Source of the DNA: Anaeramoeba ignava BMAN | Taxonomy: Eukaryota; Protista; Anaeramoebae | Direction of reading: 5' to 3' | Length of the DNA stretch: 64,000 nt | Assembly (NCBI GenBank): GCA_028826165.1 | Contig: JAPDFW010000021.1 | Coordinates: forward strand, 11,645-75,644 | Part shown: piece by piece, positions 25,497 through 38,900 of the stretch | Layout of the letters: each line of letters opens with the position of its first letter | Numbering within the stretch: the stretch's first letter is position 1 | Made by a program: the position numbers and the translations under genes | Notes under the pieces: generated by a model | Database searches by the model: none | Told to the model about the DNA's origin: nothing | What the model saw: only the letters and a program-made list of their open reading frames with translations

Positions 25497-28400
25497 TTAA
25501 TTCACTGAATTGTTTTTTTCAACTAAAGATATATTAAAATCATTATCGAAAATTTTCAAATCTTTATCTTTATTATCATTATCAGAAGATAATTCATCAA
25601 ATCCTAATTCACTACTTTTGGAATCTGAATTTTTTTCTTTTTTAATTTCTTCTTTTTTAGGTTTTTGCATTCTTTCTTCTTTTGGAACCATCATCCAAAT
25701 TTCTTCTTCTTTTTTTTTAAGTGCTTTTTTCTTTCTGTTTTCATTTTGAATAGCAGTTTCTCTTTTTTCTCTTAAACTTTTGTTTGTTGCTAATGTTAAT
25801 AATAAAATAAATCTTCTTCTAAGTTTTTCTCTTCTACTTTCTTCTCCAGTAACAGGATGATGATCAAAATATGAAAGAGTCATTGATATTTCTTCATTTG
25901 TTGCATCAAATGTGTTTTTATGAATTTTTTGTATTTCTTTTCTTAAATGAATTAGATAATTCATCATATAATTCATAAATACTCGAAGAATTGGATTGTT
26001 TGTTTGATGATCAATTTTCATCATTGCTGAATAAGAACTATCCATTGATCCTTCTAAATCAAGTCGGAATAATGAATAATAAACAGAAACACCTGATGCT
26101 CCAATTAATCTTTTAGCTGCATCTGTTGCTGATGAAAATATTGAAATAAAGAATTTGATAAAATCATAAATAGAAAAAACAGTTCGATTTATGATTGTAT
26201 TATCATCAATAAAAAAATTTTTAACAAGTTTTTGAACCAAATAAATGATCACAAATTGATAGAAAATAACAACAAGTATGATAATGAAAATAACGAGAAG
26301 AAATTGAAGTAAAATTGTTTTGTTTAAGAAATAAAGCATTAACCAAATAACTGCTGGAATTATCAAAAGAACAAGGAATGTTAAAAACCAAACAAGAACA
26401 TATGCAATAAGTCCAAGCCAAATTTGAAGATTTGTGAATGATGTTACTTTAGATACATCAGTTTCTTCATATTCGTCAAATGGTGTTTTTCCTTGTCTTA
26501 AAATCATTATTCTTTTTCGATATAATTTGAAAATAGATCTCCATTGAACACACATAATGATAAATGCAAGAAATGATGCAATTCCCATTATTACAGAAAA
26601 TACATTACAAACTTTACTAATTGTATTTGGTGGAATTTGTTGAATAAACTCAGCCCATATACTTCCTAAAGCAGAAATATCTTCATTACATTGTTTATCA
26701 ATACTATTGATAAGTAAAGCTGCACCAATAGATAAAGATGTTGATGGATAATCAGATAATACAGGTTTATTATCAAAGCAATAACTTTGTTGAATTTTTC
26801 CAATTTCTTCTTGTCTATACCATAAAAGTGAAATTCTGAGACTTCTAACCAATTGTGTAATTAATAAAACAAGAATAGCAGACATAATAACCCAAAGCCA
26901 AAATGCAGTAAGTAATCTTTGTGGATAATAAAAATCATAATAAGTTTCATATTGTTCATGTGGATTATCTTCTTTCGCAAATTTTTCTTTGATTTTTTTA
27001 ATAATTTTCTTTAATAAATTAACAAATCCTCTCCAACATCTTTTAAATTTATCTGTTTTCTTTTTTGGTTTTTTTTCTATTGGGATTGTTTTCCCTGCTG
27101 CTTTTGCATCAGATAATCTTTTAAGTTCAAGATTTTTTACAGATCTTCTTAAAATTAATCCAATTTCTTTTTCACTAAGTTCTTCATAATTCTTTTCTTT
27201 AACTGATTTAGAAGTAATTTTTTGATTACTTTTTGAAGAATCTGAATAATTACCTAAAAGAGGATCATCTTCTTGTGCTTCAAGTTCAAATTCTTCAATA
27301 TATCCAACATTATCTTTTGGTTTTTCATCACTATCATCATTATCAGTAGTGGAATCTGAATCAGAAATTTCATCTTCAATAAGTTTTCTTTCCATTTCAA
27401 GAATTTTAAGATGTCTTTTTGCTCCAAGTGGTAATAAACGTTTAAATAAAAGCATATAACTTGATACTCTATCATTTATAAAACTTCGATTTTCAATATA
27501 AAATTTCAATTTTTTGAAAATTTTTGAAACTACTAATAACAAGAATGAAAAGAAGTGCAAAACTAACAAGAACTCCTTCTAAAACTGCAAGAAAAGAATA
27601 TTGCATTGGATATGTCGAATCAGTTTTAGGTATTAATTGTGGAAGAAATGCAATAAGAACTGCTGCAAGAATAAGTGCAACAATATAAGTGAGAATATGA
27701 TGATTTCTTGATGAATTAAGAATAAATGGAATTGCTAATGTAAAACAAATAACCCAAAATATTCCTGATTGGTTAAGAGAATTCTCTGCTGCTTCAAAAT
27801 CAACATTATCAATAGCATCAATAAGAAAATTTTCATATTTTGATTGAATTCCATAAGCAGAAAATGCTATTGAAGCTTTAACTTTACCTTTCTTATCCAA
27901 ACAAGAAGAATCACCAGAAGAAGCATCAAATTGTACTGTAATATCACATTCTCCATTTTCATTAGTGAAAGGAATTGAATTTACAATTGAAACATCACTA
28001 CAATTATAAAGAATTTTAATTGGAACTCTTTTTGATTCTTGACTTCCATCAAAATTAACTTGGATATGAACTGGAAATGGATTTCCAATTCCAATATTAA
28101 ATTTCTTTTTGGGATAACTTGTAGAAACAGATGTAACTGGATTACTAACATAAAATGGATCTGTTTGTGTAATAAGACTATTATAAGAAAATTCAATAGT
28201 ATAATTTCCAGATGATCCTGAATCCATTACAAAATCGAAAATAGCAATTCCATTATTATCTGTTGATGCAACAGATGAATATTCTTCAAGACTTCCATCT
28301 CCATTATTTGAATTGATCATAGCGAAGATGGGGCTATTGGGGATTGGTGTTGATTGGAAATAAAGACCAACAACAGCTGATCCAAGATACGAATCATTTT

Positions 28401-31400
28401 CAAAAAAATAGGGTTTCTGAGGAAGTGGAAATGGAACTCCAATCTTTGCTCCTATTTTAAGTGGATTTGTTAATACTGTTAATAATGTTGGTTCGTTTGT
28501 TACTTGGAAATTTATTATTGAAGAAAATGAATTATCGCAAAAGAAAAAAACATTTGATGTTTCAGTTAATGTAAAATTATAAAAAATAGCTGTTCCATTT
28601 TGATCAGTTATTGCATAACCTATTGTTTCTTCAGTGATACTTTCTGCAAATACGAATTTGTTTGCTTGAGGAACATTTGAACTATCTGTAACATTAACTT
28701 TGGGTGGAACTGTTGGTGTTTGATTGTAGTAAAGTAATGGTGAAAAACCAAAAGTTTTGATTTGATATTGATCAATTTCGAATGAAATATTAAAGTTTTT
28801 CTTTGAAGATTCATCACAAGAATTATTCATTCCAAATATACAAAAAGTAATATTGCATGAAGTATCACTTGCATAAATAAAATTCAATGGAAGTGTTGTA
28901 TATCCTGTTGAATTTGTTGGTGTTTTGCTTTGGATAAGACCAACTTGATTTTGATCTTCATAATCGAAAAGTAATGTGCAATTTCCATCTTCAGATTGTG
29001 CATATATATAATATCCTTTTGCTGATGATCCATCTGAAAAATTTGCTTGTACTAATGCTTGAGGAATAGATTTATTGTTTCCTGATTTTACTATTCCTGG
29101 ATTCCAATCAATAGTTAAAATGAAATCTGTAACTGGTGGAATAACTTGTATTGATATTTCTGAAGATGGAAATCCATTGATGAATATTGCCATATTATAT
29201 GTTCCACAATAATTAATTTGAAATCCTTCTAAATGAACTAAATCTATATTAATATTTTTTTTTAATAATAAAAATAATTTAAATATATTGATTTTGATTT
29301 TGATTTTGATTTTGATTTTGATTTTACTATTAGGCTTATCAACTGGAACTTGAAGTTCATAAAGTATTGTGTTTGTATTATTATTATTATAAACATGATT
29401 TATATCCATTGTTCCATTAAAAACATTTTGATAATCAAATGATTCTGGGAAATAAGATTGTAATAAAATATGGATAGTTACATTATTATTTAAACTTTGA
29501 TTTTCATATAATTCATATTTAATCGTTAAAGTAGAATTGTTCCATGATTTTCCTTTATAAACAACATTACTATACTCAATAACACTTGCTGTTTTAATTG
29601 GATTGTTTAAATCCATTAAATAACATCCTTCACATGTATCAAAATCTCCTGGTTTAAGTCCATTTTTTTTAGCTTGTAAACAAAACATTGTTGTCATTTG
29701 AATTCCAAATATTGGAATTGAAATATTTCCAGTTTCTGAAAGAACTAGTATTAATAATTGAATCATTCAAAAAAACATATCCCATTGGTAATTCTCCTTC
29801 ATCAATATAAGCAGTAAGAGTAAAAGTATCTGATGGATTAGAACTTAAGTTTCCATAAAATTCCAATATTTCAAAACTTATATTCAAAATATCTCCTGAA
29901 TTTACACTTATATTCCAAATTGACATATTAATAGCAGAACAATATTCAGGTGCTTCTGTAAAGTTTAAGGTTAATGTAACATTTATTTCTGAAGTTGTAT
30001 CATCAACTTTTATAATCAATTTGTAAGAGTTATTATTATGTAATGATACCATCCGAGCATATTCAATATCAAATATTCCAAATCCATTTATATCTGTTTG
30101 AACTTCTTGTTGATCCAAAAGTACATCTGGTATATAGAATTCAATATATTTTCCTGGAATTCCTGTTCCATTTTCATTAAGAACTTGTATTATAGGTCTT
30201 GGATTTGCTTCAAGAATATATGTATTAGAAATTGTAATATTTGTTGTATTCTGAAATTTGTAAATGCTTTTTACAGAAGAATTTACGTATATATTATCTG
30301 TTATAATATATATTCCATCTGAAATGAATTTAATTTGGAAAGCACATTGAGATGTAGTGTTTCCATCAACAGAAAATTTTAAATCTGAAAAATTTGCACT
30401 AAAATCAAAAATATTTAAAAAATTTAATTTATATTGAATCAAAAATTAAAATTAAAATTAAAATTTAAATTTAAATTTACAATCCTGAAGAATTTGTAAT
30501 TGCTATTGTATTTAAAAGACTTTTAGAATTGAATAATGGTTTTTGATATTCTGATATATTATAATCACAATTCATTGCTATTTTTGCAAATACTGGTTTT
30601 TCTGCTATTCCTTTTCCTCCACTATCTTCTATTTTGATAATAAATGGATCAGTAAAGTTTTTTCCTTCCTCAACATAATATTTCTCTCCATTTTTAATTT
30701 GTGGATTTGTAATTGTTATTGAAGAAACTAAAATATTTTTTTTTCATTTTTAATTTTTGGTTTTAATTTTAATTTTAATTTTGATTTTGATTTTGATTTT
30801 GATTTTAATTTTAATTTTGATTTTAATTTTAATTTTAATTTTAATTTTAATTTTAATTTTGATTTTGATTTTGATTTTGATTTTGATTTTAATTTTAATT
30901 TTGATTTTAAAATTTACCAGTTGTATTAAATTTCAAATTAAAAGGTGCATCAATTTCTACTCCTTCACAAAATGCTGTGAAAAGTATATCTCTTGATGTT
31001 GATCCTGAAACATTAAAGTAAACAGTTGTGATATTATTATTATAAGGATCAATTTGGTCAGGATTTTGAGTATTAAAATAAGCTATTAATTAAAATTAAT
31101 TTACATTATTTTAAATGAATATTTATTTATCAAGAATTATTAATATAAATATTATTATTACCAAAAGCTTCATATTCTGGATATGACCAATTTCTAACAA
31201 CTGATGGAATAATTTTAACATCTCTTGGATCTGAACTCGAAGAATTAGCAACAAATGTAATATTATTTAGTGTAAAATAATCCAATATAGAATCAACTTC
31301 AGATTGATTATAAAGACTTAATGAATCAACTAAAATACAAATTAAAAATATTTTTATCAATTTTTAATTTTAATTTTAATTTTAATTTTTAATTTTAATT

Positions 31401-32683
31401 TTAATTTTAATTTTAATTTTAATTTTAATTTTAATTTTAATTTTGATTTTAATTTTGATTTTAATTTTAATTTTAATTTTAATTTTAATTTTAATTTTAA
31501 TTTTAATTTTGATTTTAATTTTGATTTTAATTTTAATTTTGATTTTTAAATTTAATTTTGATTTTAATTTTGATTTTAATTTTAATTTTGATTTTAATTT
31601 TGAATGAAAATACCATCAGTATCAACAAAAAGTGGATAAGAAGTATTTGCAGTTTTGCTTTTGGGTGGTTTAACTAGGTATTTCGGTAAAAAAATCAATT
31701 CTATTACATCATAAATGAATCCAAATCAATAATAAATTAAAATAAATAATCATTTGATTAATTAAATAATTAAATAATTGATTAAATAATTGATTAAATA
31801 AATAAATAAATAATTAAATAATTGATTAATTAAATATTTGATTAATTAAATACCAGGTCCACTTCGAGTTAATTCACTTCCATATTCACAAACAACAGAA
31901 AAAATGAGACTAATTGTATCAGAAGGTCCATAAATAACTTGAATATTATCAAAAGTAGCAATTCCATCATTATCAGATGTTGCAGTTAAATTTCCATAAA
32001 GTTGGATTTGTGATTGTACTGAACTAATTTCTCCAAGTAATGTTAAATCAGTTTTTCCAAGTTTTAAATCTTCAAATGATGATGCTGATGCTGTTATTGT
32101 GCAATTAGCCATTCCATCTGATTTGAATTTTTTGGATACTCTTAACTATTTTATTTTTTAAAATTTTTATTTTTGGATTATTTTTCATTTTAAATTATTT
32201 TGATTGGAAATTTTACTTGTGAAGTAAAGGGTTCATAAAAGGAAACTTCATTATAATCTGGGAAATTATAAAAGTCCAAACTAAAAGAAATAATTTTAAT
32301 TTTAATTTTAAATTTAATTTTAAATTTGATTTTGATTTTAATTTTGATTTTAATTTTAATTTTGATTTTTAATTTTAAATGTGGGCATTGTTTAAAGAAT
32401 AAATTAAGGTTGAAATATCCAAAAAAAAGTGGAAAAAAAAAAAATATTCCAAAAAAAAATAAAATTAAAAAAAAACAAACTTAATATCAATATCTTGTTC
32501 ATTAATATTAACTCCTTTAAGTAAATATCTAACAGCCATTCCAAAAAAAAACAAAATAAAAGTAGCTAAAGCAATAATAGTAAAAAATCTCCAAGTAACA
32601 TCATCTCCAACAAAATCTAATAAACGAGGATTTCCAATCCAATTTGAGCATCGTTTTGAACAACTTGAACATCTTTTTTTCAT
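25497..32683 (-). CDS. STRA6-like Ig-repeat membrane protein, paralog 2 (two apparent frameshifts at ~27533 and ~29740)
   Basis: ATG at 32683 (MKKRCSSCSKRCSNWIGNPRLLDFVGDDVTWRFF). The exon structure matches paralog 1 and the ORF pieces are collinear with paralog 3. Motifs: FYYPQRLLTAFW, MDSSYSAMMKIDHQTNNPILRVF, LRRRFILLLTLATNKSLR. Comparison with paralog 3 shows net +1 indels at both breaks. Confidence 0.8.
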
Positions 32684-32909
32684 TTTAATAAATGAAATTT
32701 CTTTTAAGTAAAAAAAAAATGAATTCCTTTTTGTTTTTAATTGTTTTTGTTTTTTCAATTCTTTTTTTCTCCTTTTTATGATCGATTAAAAAAAAGAAGA
32801 AAAGATGACAAAGAAAATCAAAAGAAAAAAAAGTGTAAAATAGTTTTGGAATTTGTATTTTCTTTGTTTAATTTTGTATTTTCTTTGTTTGAATTTGTAT
32901 TTTCTTTGT

Positions 32910-35900
32910 TTAATTTACTGAATTGTTTTTTTCAACTAAAGGTGTTTTAAGATCATTTTTGAAAATTTTTAAATCTTTATCTTTATTATCATTATCAGAA
33001 GATAATTCATCAAATCCTAATTCACTACTTTTGGAATCTGAATTTTTTTCTTTTTTAATTTCTTCTTTTTTAGGTTTTTGCATTCTTTCTTCTTTTGAAA
33101 TCATCATCCAAATTTTTTCTTCTTTTTTTTTAAGTGCTTTTTTCTTTCGTTTTGTTTTTCTAATAATAATTCCTCTTTTTCTTAAACTTTTGTTTGTTGC
33201 TAATGTTAATAATAAAATAAATCTTCTTCTAAGTTTTTCTTTTCTACTTTCTTCTCCAGTAACAGGATGATGATCAAAATATGAAAGAGTCATTGATATT
33301 TCTTCATTTGTTATATCAAATGTGTTTTTATGAATTTTTTGTATTTCTTTTCTTAAATGAATTAGATAATTCATCATATAATTCATAAATACTCGAAGAA
33401 TTGGATTGTTTGTTTGATGATCAATTTTCATCATTGCTGAATAAGAACTATCCATTGATCCTTCTAAATCAAGTCGGAATAATGAATAGGAAACAGAAAC
33501 ACCTGATGCTCCAATTAATCTTTTAGCTGCATCTGTTGCTGATGAAAATATTGAAATAAAGAATTTGATAAAATCATAAATAGAAAAAACAGTTCGATTC
33601 ATAATTGTGTTATCATCAATAAAATAAGTTTTAACAAGTTTTTGAACCAAATAAATGATCACAAATTGATAGAAAATAACAACAAGTATGATAATGAAAA
33701 TAACGAGAAGAATACGAAGTAAAATTGCTTTGGTTAAGAAATAAAGCATTAACCAAATAACTGCTGGAATTACCAAAAGAACAAAGAATGTTACAAGCCA
33801 AGCAAGAACATATGCAATAAGTCCAAGCCAAATTTGAAGATTTGTAAATGATGTTACTTCAGATACATCAGTTTCTTCATATTCTTCAAATGGTGTTTTT
33901 CCTTGTCTTAAAATCATTATTCTTTTTCGATATAATTTGAAAATAGATCTCCATTGAACACACATAATAATAAATGCAAGAAATGATGCAATTCCCATTA
34001 TTACAGAAAATGCATTACAAACTTTACTAATCATATCTGGTGGAATTTTCTTAATAAACTCAGCCCATATATTCCCCAAAGCAGAAATATCTTCATTACA
34101 TTGTTTATCAATACTTTTGATAAGTAAAGCTGCACCAGCAGATAAAGATGTTGGTGGATAATCAGATAATACAGGTTTATTATCAAAACAATTACTTTGT
34201 TGAATTTTTCCAATTTCTTCTTGTCTATACCATAATATAGAAAGTGTAATACTTCTGAATAATTGTGTAATTAATAAAACAAGAATAGCAGACATAATAA
34301 CCCAAAGCCAAAATGCAGTAAGTAATCTTTGTGGATAATAAAAATCATAATAAGTTTCATATTGTTCATGTGGATTATCTTCTTTCGCAAATTTTTCTTT
34401 GATTTTTTTAATAATTTTCTTTAATAAATTAACAAATCCTCTCCAACATCTTTTAAATTTATCTGTTTTCTTTTTTGGTTTTTTTTCTATTGGGATTGTT
34501 TTCCCTGCTGCTTTTGCATCAGATAATCTTTTAAGTTCAAGATTTTTTACAGATCTTCTTAAAATTAATCCAATTTCTCTTTCAGTAAGTTCTTCATAAC
34601 TTTTTTCTTTAACTGATTTAGAAGTAATTTTTTGATTACTTTTTGAAGAATCTGAATCGTTATCTAAAAGAGGATCATCTCCTTGTGCTTCAAGTTCAAA
34701 TTCTTCAATATATCCAACATTATCTTTTGGTTTTTCATCACTATCATCATTATCAGTAGTGGAATCTGAATCAGAAATTTCATCTTCAATAAGTTTTCTT
34801 TCCATTTCAAGAATTTTAAGATGTCTTTTTGCTCCAAGTGGTAATAAACGTTTGAATAAAAGCATATAACTTGATACTCTATCATTTATAAAACTTCGAT
34901 TTTCAATATAAAATTTCAATTTTTTGAAAATTTTTGAAACTACAATAACAAGAATGAAAAGAAGTGCAAAACTAACAAGAACTCCTTCTAAAACTGCAAG
35001 AAAAACATATTGCATTGGATATGTTGAATCAGTTTTGGGTATTAATTGTGGAAGAAATGCAATAAGAACTGCTGCAAGAATAAGTGCAACAATATAAGTG
35101 AGAATATGATGATTTCTTGATGAATTAAGAATAAATGGAATTGCTAATGTAAAACAAATAACCCAAAATATTCCTGATTGGTTAAGAGAATCTTTTGCTG
35201 CTTCTAAATCAACATTATCAATAGCATCAATAAGAAAATTTTCATATTTTGATTGAATTCCATAAGCAGAAAATGCTATTGAAGCTTTAACTTTATCTTT
35301 CTCATCCAAACAAGAAGAATCACCAGAAGAAGCATCAAATTGTACTGTAATATCACATTCTCCATTTTCATTAGTGAAAGGAATTGAATTTACAATTGAA
35401 GCATCACTACATTGTGAAAGAATTTGAATTGGAACTCTTTTTGATTTTTGACTTCCATCAAAATTAACTTGGATATGAACTGGAAACTGTCTTCCAATTC
35501 CAATATTAAATTTCTTTTTGGGATAATTTGTAGAAACAGATGTAACTGGATTACTAACATAAAATGGATCTGTTTCACTACGAAGATCGTTATAAGAAAA
35601 TTCAATAGTATAATTTCCAGATGATCCTGAATCCATTATAAAATCGAAAACAGCAATTCCATTATTATCTGTTAATGCAACAGATGAATATTCTTCAAGA
35701 CTTCCATCTCCATTATTTGAATTGATCATAGCGAAGATGGGTCTTTTGGGGATTGGTGTTGATTGGAAATAAAGACCAACAACAGCTGATCCAAGATACG
35801 GATCTTTTTGGAAAAAACAGGGTACATGAGGAAGTGGAAATGGAATTCCAATCTTTGCTCCTGTTTCAAGTGGATTTGTTAATACTGTTAATAATGTTGG

Positions 35901-38900
35901 TTCACGTGTTACTTGGAAATTTATTATTGAAGAATATGATTTATCGCAAACAAAAAGAACATCTGTTTCTTCAGTTAATCTAAAATTATTAAAAATAGCT
36001 GTTCCATTTTGATCAGTTATTGCATAATCTATCAAAACTTTATAAATAGACATTGCAAACACGGATTTGTTTCCTTGAGGAACATTTGAACTATCTGTAA
36101 CAGAAACTTTGGGTGGAATTGGTGGTGTTTGGTTGTAGTAAAGTAAGTGATCAATATCAAAACTTTCGATTTGATATTGATCAATTTCGAATGAAATATT
36201 AAAGTTTTTCTTTGAAGATTCATCACAAGAATTATTCATTCCAAATATACAAAAAGTAATATTGCATGAAGTATTATTTGCAAACAGAAAATTCAATGGA
36301 AGTGGTGTATATCCTGTTGAATTTAGTGGTGTTTTGCTTTGGATAAGACCAACTTGTTCCAGATCGTCATAATCGAAAAGTAATGTGCAATCATCATCTT
36401 CAGATTGTGCATATATATAATATCCTTTTGCTAATGATCCATCTGAAAAATTTGCTTGTACTAATGCTGAAGGAATAGATTTATTGTATCCTGATTTTAC
36501 TATTCCTGGATTCCAATCAATAGTTAAAATGAAATCTGTAACTGGTGGAATAACTTGTATTGATATTTCTGAAGATGGAAATCCATTGATGAATATTGCC
36601 ATATTATATGTTCCACAATAATTAATTTGAAATCCTTCTAAATGAACTAAATCTATATTAATATTTTTTTTTAATAATAAAAATAATTTAAATATTTTGA
36701 TTTTGATTTTGATTTTGATTTTGATTTTGATTTTGATTTTACTACTATTATTATCAACTGGAACTTGAAATTCATAAAGTATTGTGCTTGTATTATAAAC
36801 AATATTTATATCCATTGTTCCATTAAAAACATTTTGATAATCAAATGATTCTGGGAAATAAGATTGTAATAAAATATGGATAGTTACAGTATTATTTAAA
36901 CTTTGATTTTCATATAATTCATATTCAATCGTTAAAGTAGAATTGTTCCATGATTCTCCTTTATGAATAGTTTTATTATACTCAATAACACTTGCTGTTT
37001 TAATTGGATTGTTTAAATCCATTAAATAACATCCTTCACATGTATCAAAATCTCCTGGTTTAAGTCCATTTTTTTTAGCTTGTAAACAAAACATTGTTGT
37101 CATTTGAATTCCAAATATTGGAATTGAAATATTTCCAGTTTCTGGAAAATTATTATTAATAATTGAATCATTCAAAATAACATATCCCATTGGTAATTCT
37201 CCTTCATCAATATAAGCAGTAAGAGTAAAAGTATCTGATGAATTAGAACTTAAGTTTCCATAAAATTCCAATATTTCAAAACTTATATTCAAAATATCTC
37301 CTGAATTTACACTTATATTCCAATTTGTAATATTAATAGCAGAACAATATTCAGGTGCTTCTGTAAAGTTTAAAATTAATGTAACATTAGGCATTGTTAT
37401 ATTTTGATCATCAACTTTTATAATCAAATCATAAGTTCCATTTAATGATGACATCCAAGCATATTCAATATCAAATATTCCAAATCCATTTATATCTGTT
37501 TGAACTGCTTGTTGATCCCAAAATACTTCTCCAAAATGAAATTCAATATATTTTCCTGGAATTCCTGTTCCATTTTCATTAAGAACTTGTATTAGAGGTC
37601 TTGGATTTGCTTCAAGAATATATGTATTAGAAATTGTAATATTTTTTACAATATCAACTGGAATAATTTGTTTTACACTTGAATTTACGTATATATTATC
37701 TGTTATAATATATATTCCATCTGAAGTAAATTCAATTTGGAAAGCACATTGAGAATTAGTTTTTCCATCAACAGAAAATTTTAAATCAGAAAAATTTGCA
37801 CTAAAATCAAAAATATTTAAAAAATTTAATTTATATTGAATCAAAAATTAAAATTAAAATTAAAATTAAAATTAAAATTTAAAATTTAAATTTACAATCC
37901 TGAAGAATTTGTAATTGCTATTGTATTTAAAAGACTTTTAGAATTGAATAATGGTTTTTGGTATTCTGATATATTATAATCACAATTCATTGCTATTTTT
38001 GCAAATACTGGTTTTTCTGCTATTCCTTTTCCTCCACTATCTTCTATTTTGATAATAAATGGATCAGTAAAATTTTTTCCTTCTTCAACATAATATTTCT
38101 CTCCATTTTTAATTTGTGGATTTGTAATTGTTATTGAAGAAACTAAAATATTTTTTTTCATTTTTAATTTTGATTTTAATTTTAATTTTAATTTTAATTT
38201 TAATTTTGATTTTAAAATTTACCAGTTGTATTAAATTTCAAATTAAAAGGTGCATCAATTTCTACTCCTTCACAAAATGCTGTGAAAAGTATATCTCTTG
38301 TTGTTGATCCTGAAACATTAAAGTAAATAGTCGTAAAATTATCATCATCCACATTGAGAATAGGGTATTGAGTATTAAAATAAGCTATTAATTAAAATTA
38401 ATTTACATTATTTTAAATGAATATTTATTTATCAAGAATTATTAATATAAATATTATTATTACCAAAAGCTTCATATTCTGGATATGACCAATTTCTAAC
38501 AACTGATGGAATAATTTTAACATCTCTTAAATCTGGATTCGAAGAATTAACAACAAATGTAATATTATTTAGTGTAAAATAATCCAATATAGAATCAACT
38601 TCAGATTGATTATAAAGACTTAATAATTCAACTAAAATACAAATTAAAAATATTTTTATCAATTTTTAATTTTAATTTTAATTTTAATTTTGATTTTTAA
38701 TTTTAATTTTAATTTTGATTTTAATTTTGAATGAAAATACCATCAGTATCAACAAAAAGTGGATAAGAAGTAATTGCAGTTTTGTTATCGAGTGGAGTAA
38801 TTAATGATTTAGCTAAAAATAAATTAAATAAAATAAAATAATTGATTAAATAAATAATTGATTAAATAAATAATTGATTAAATAAATAATTGATTAAATA

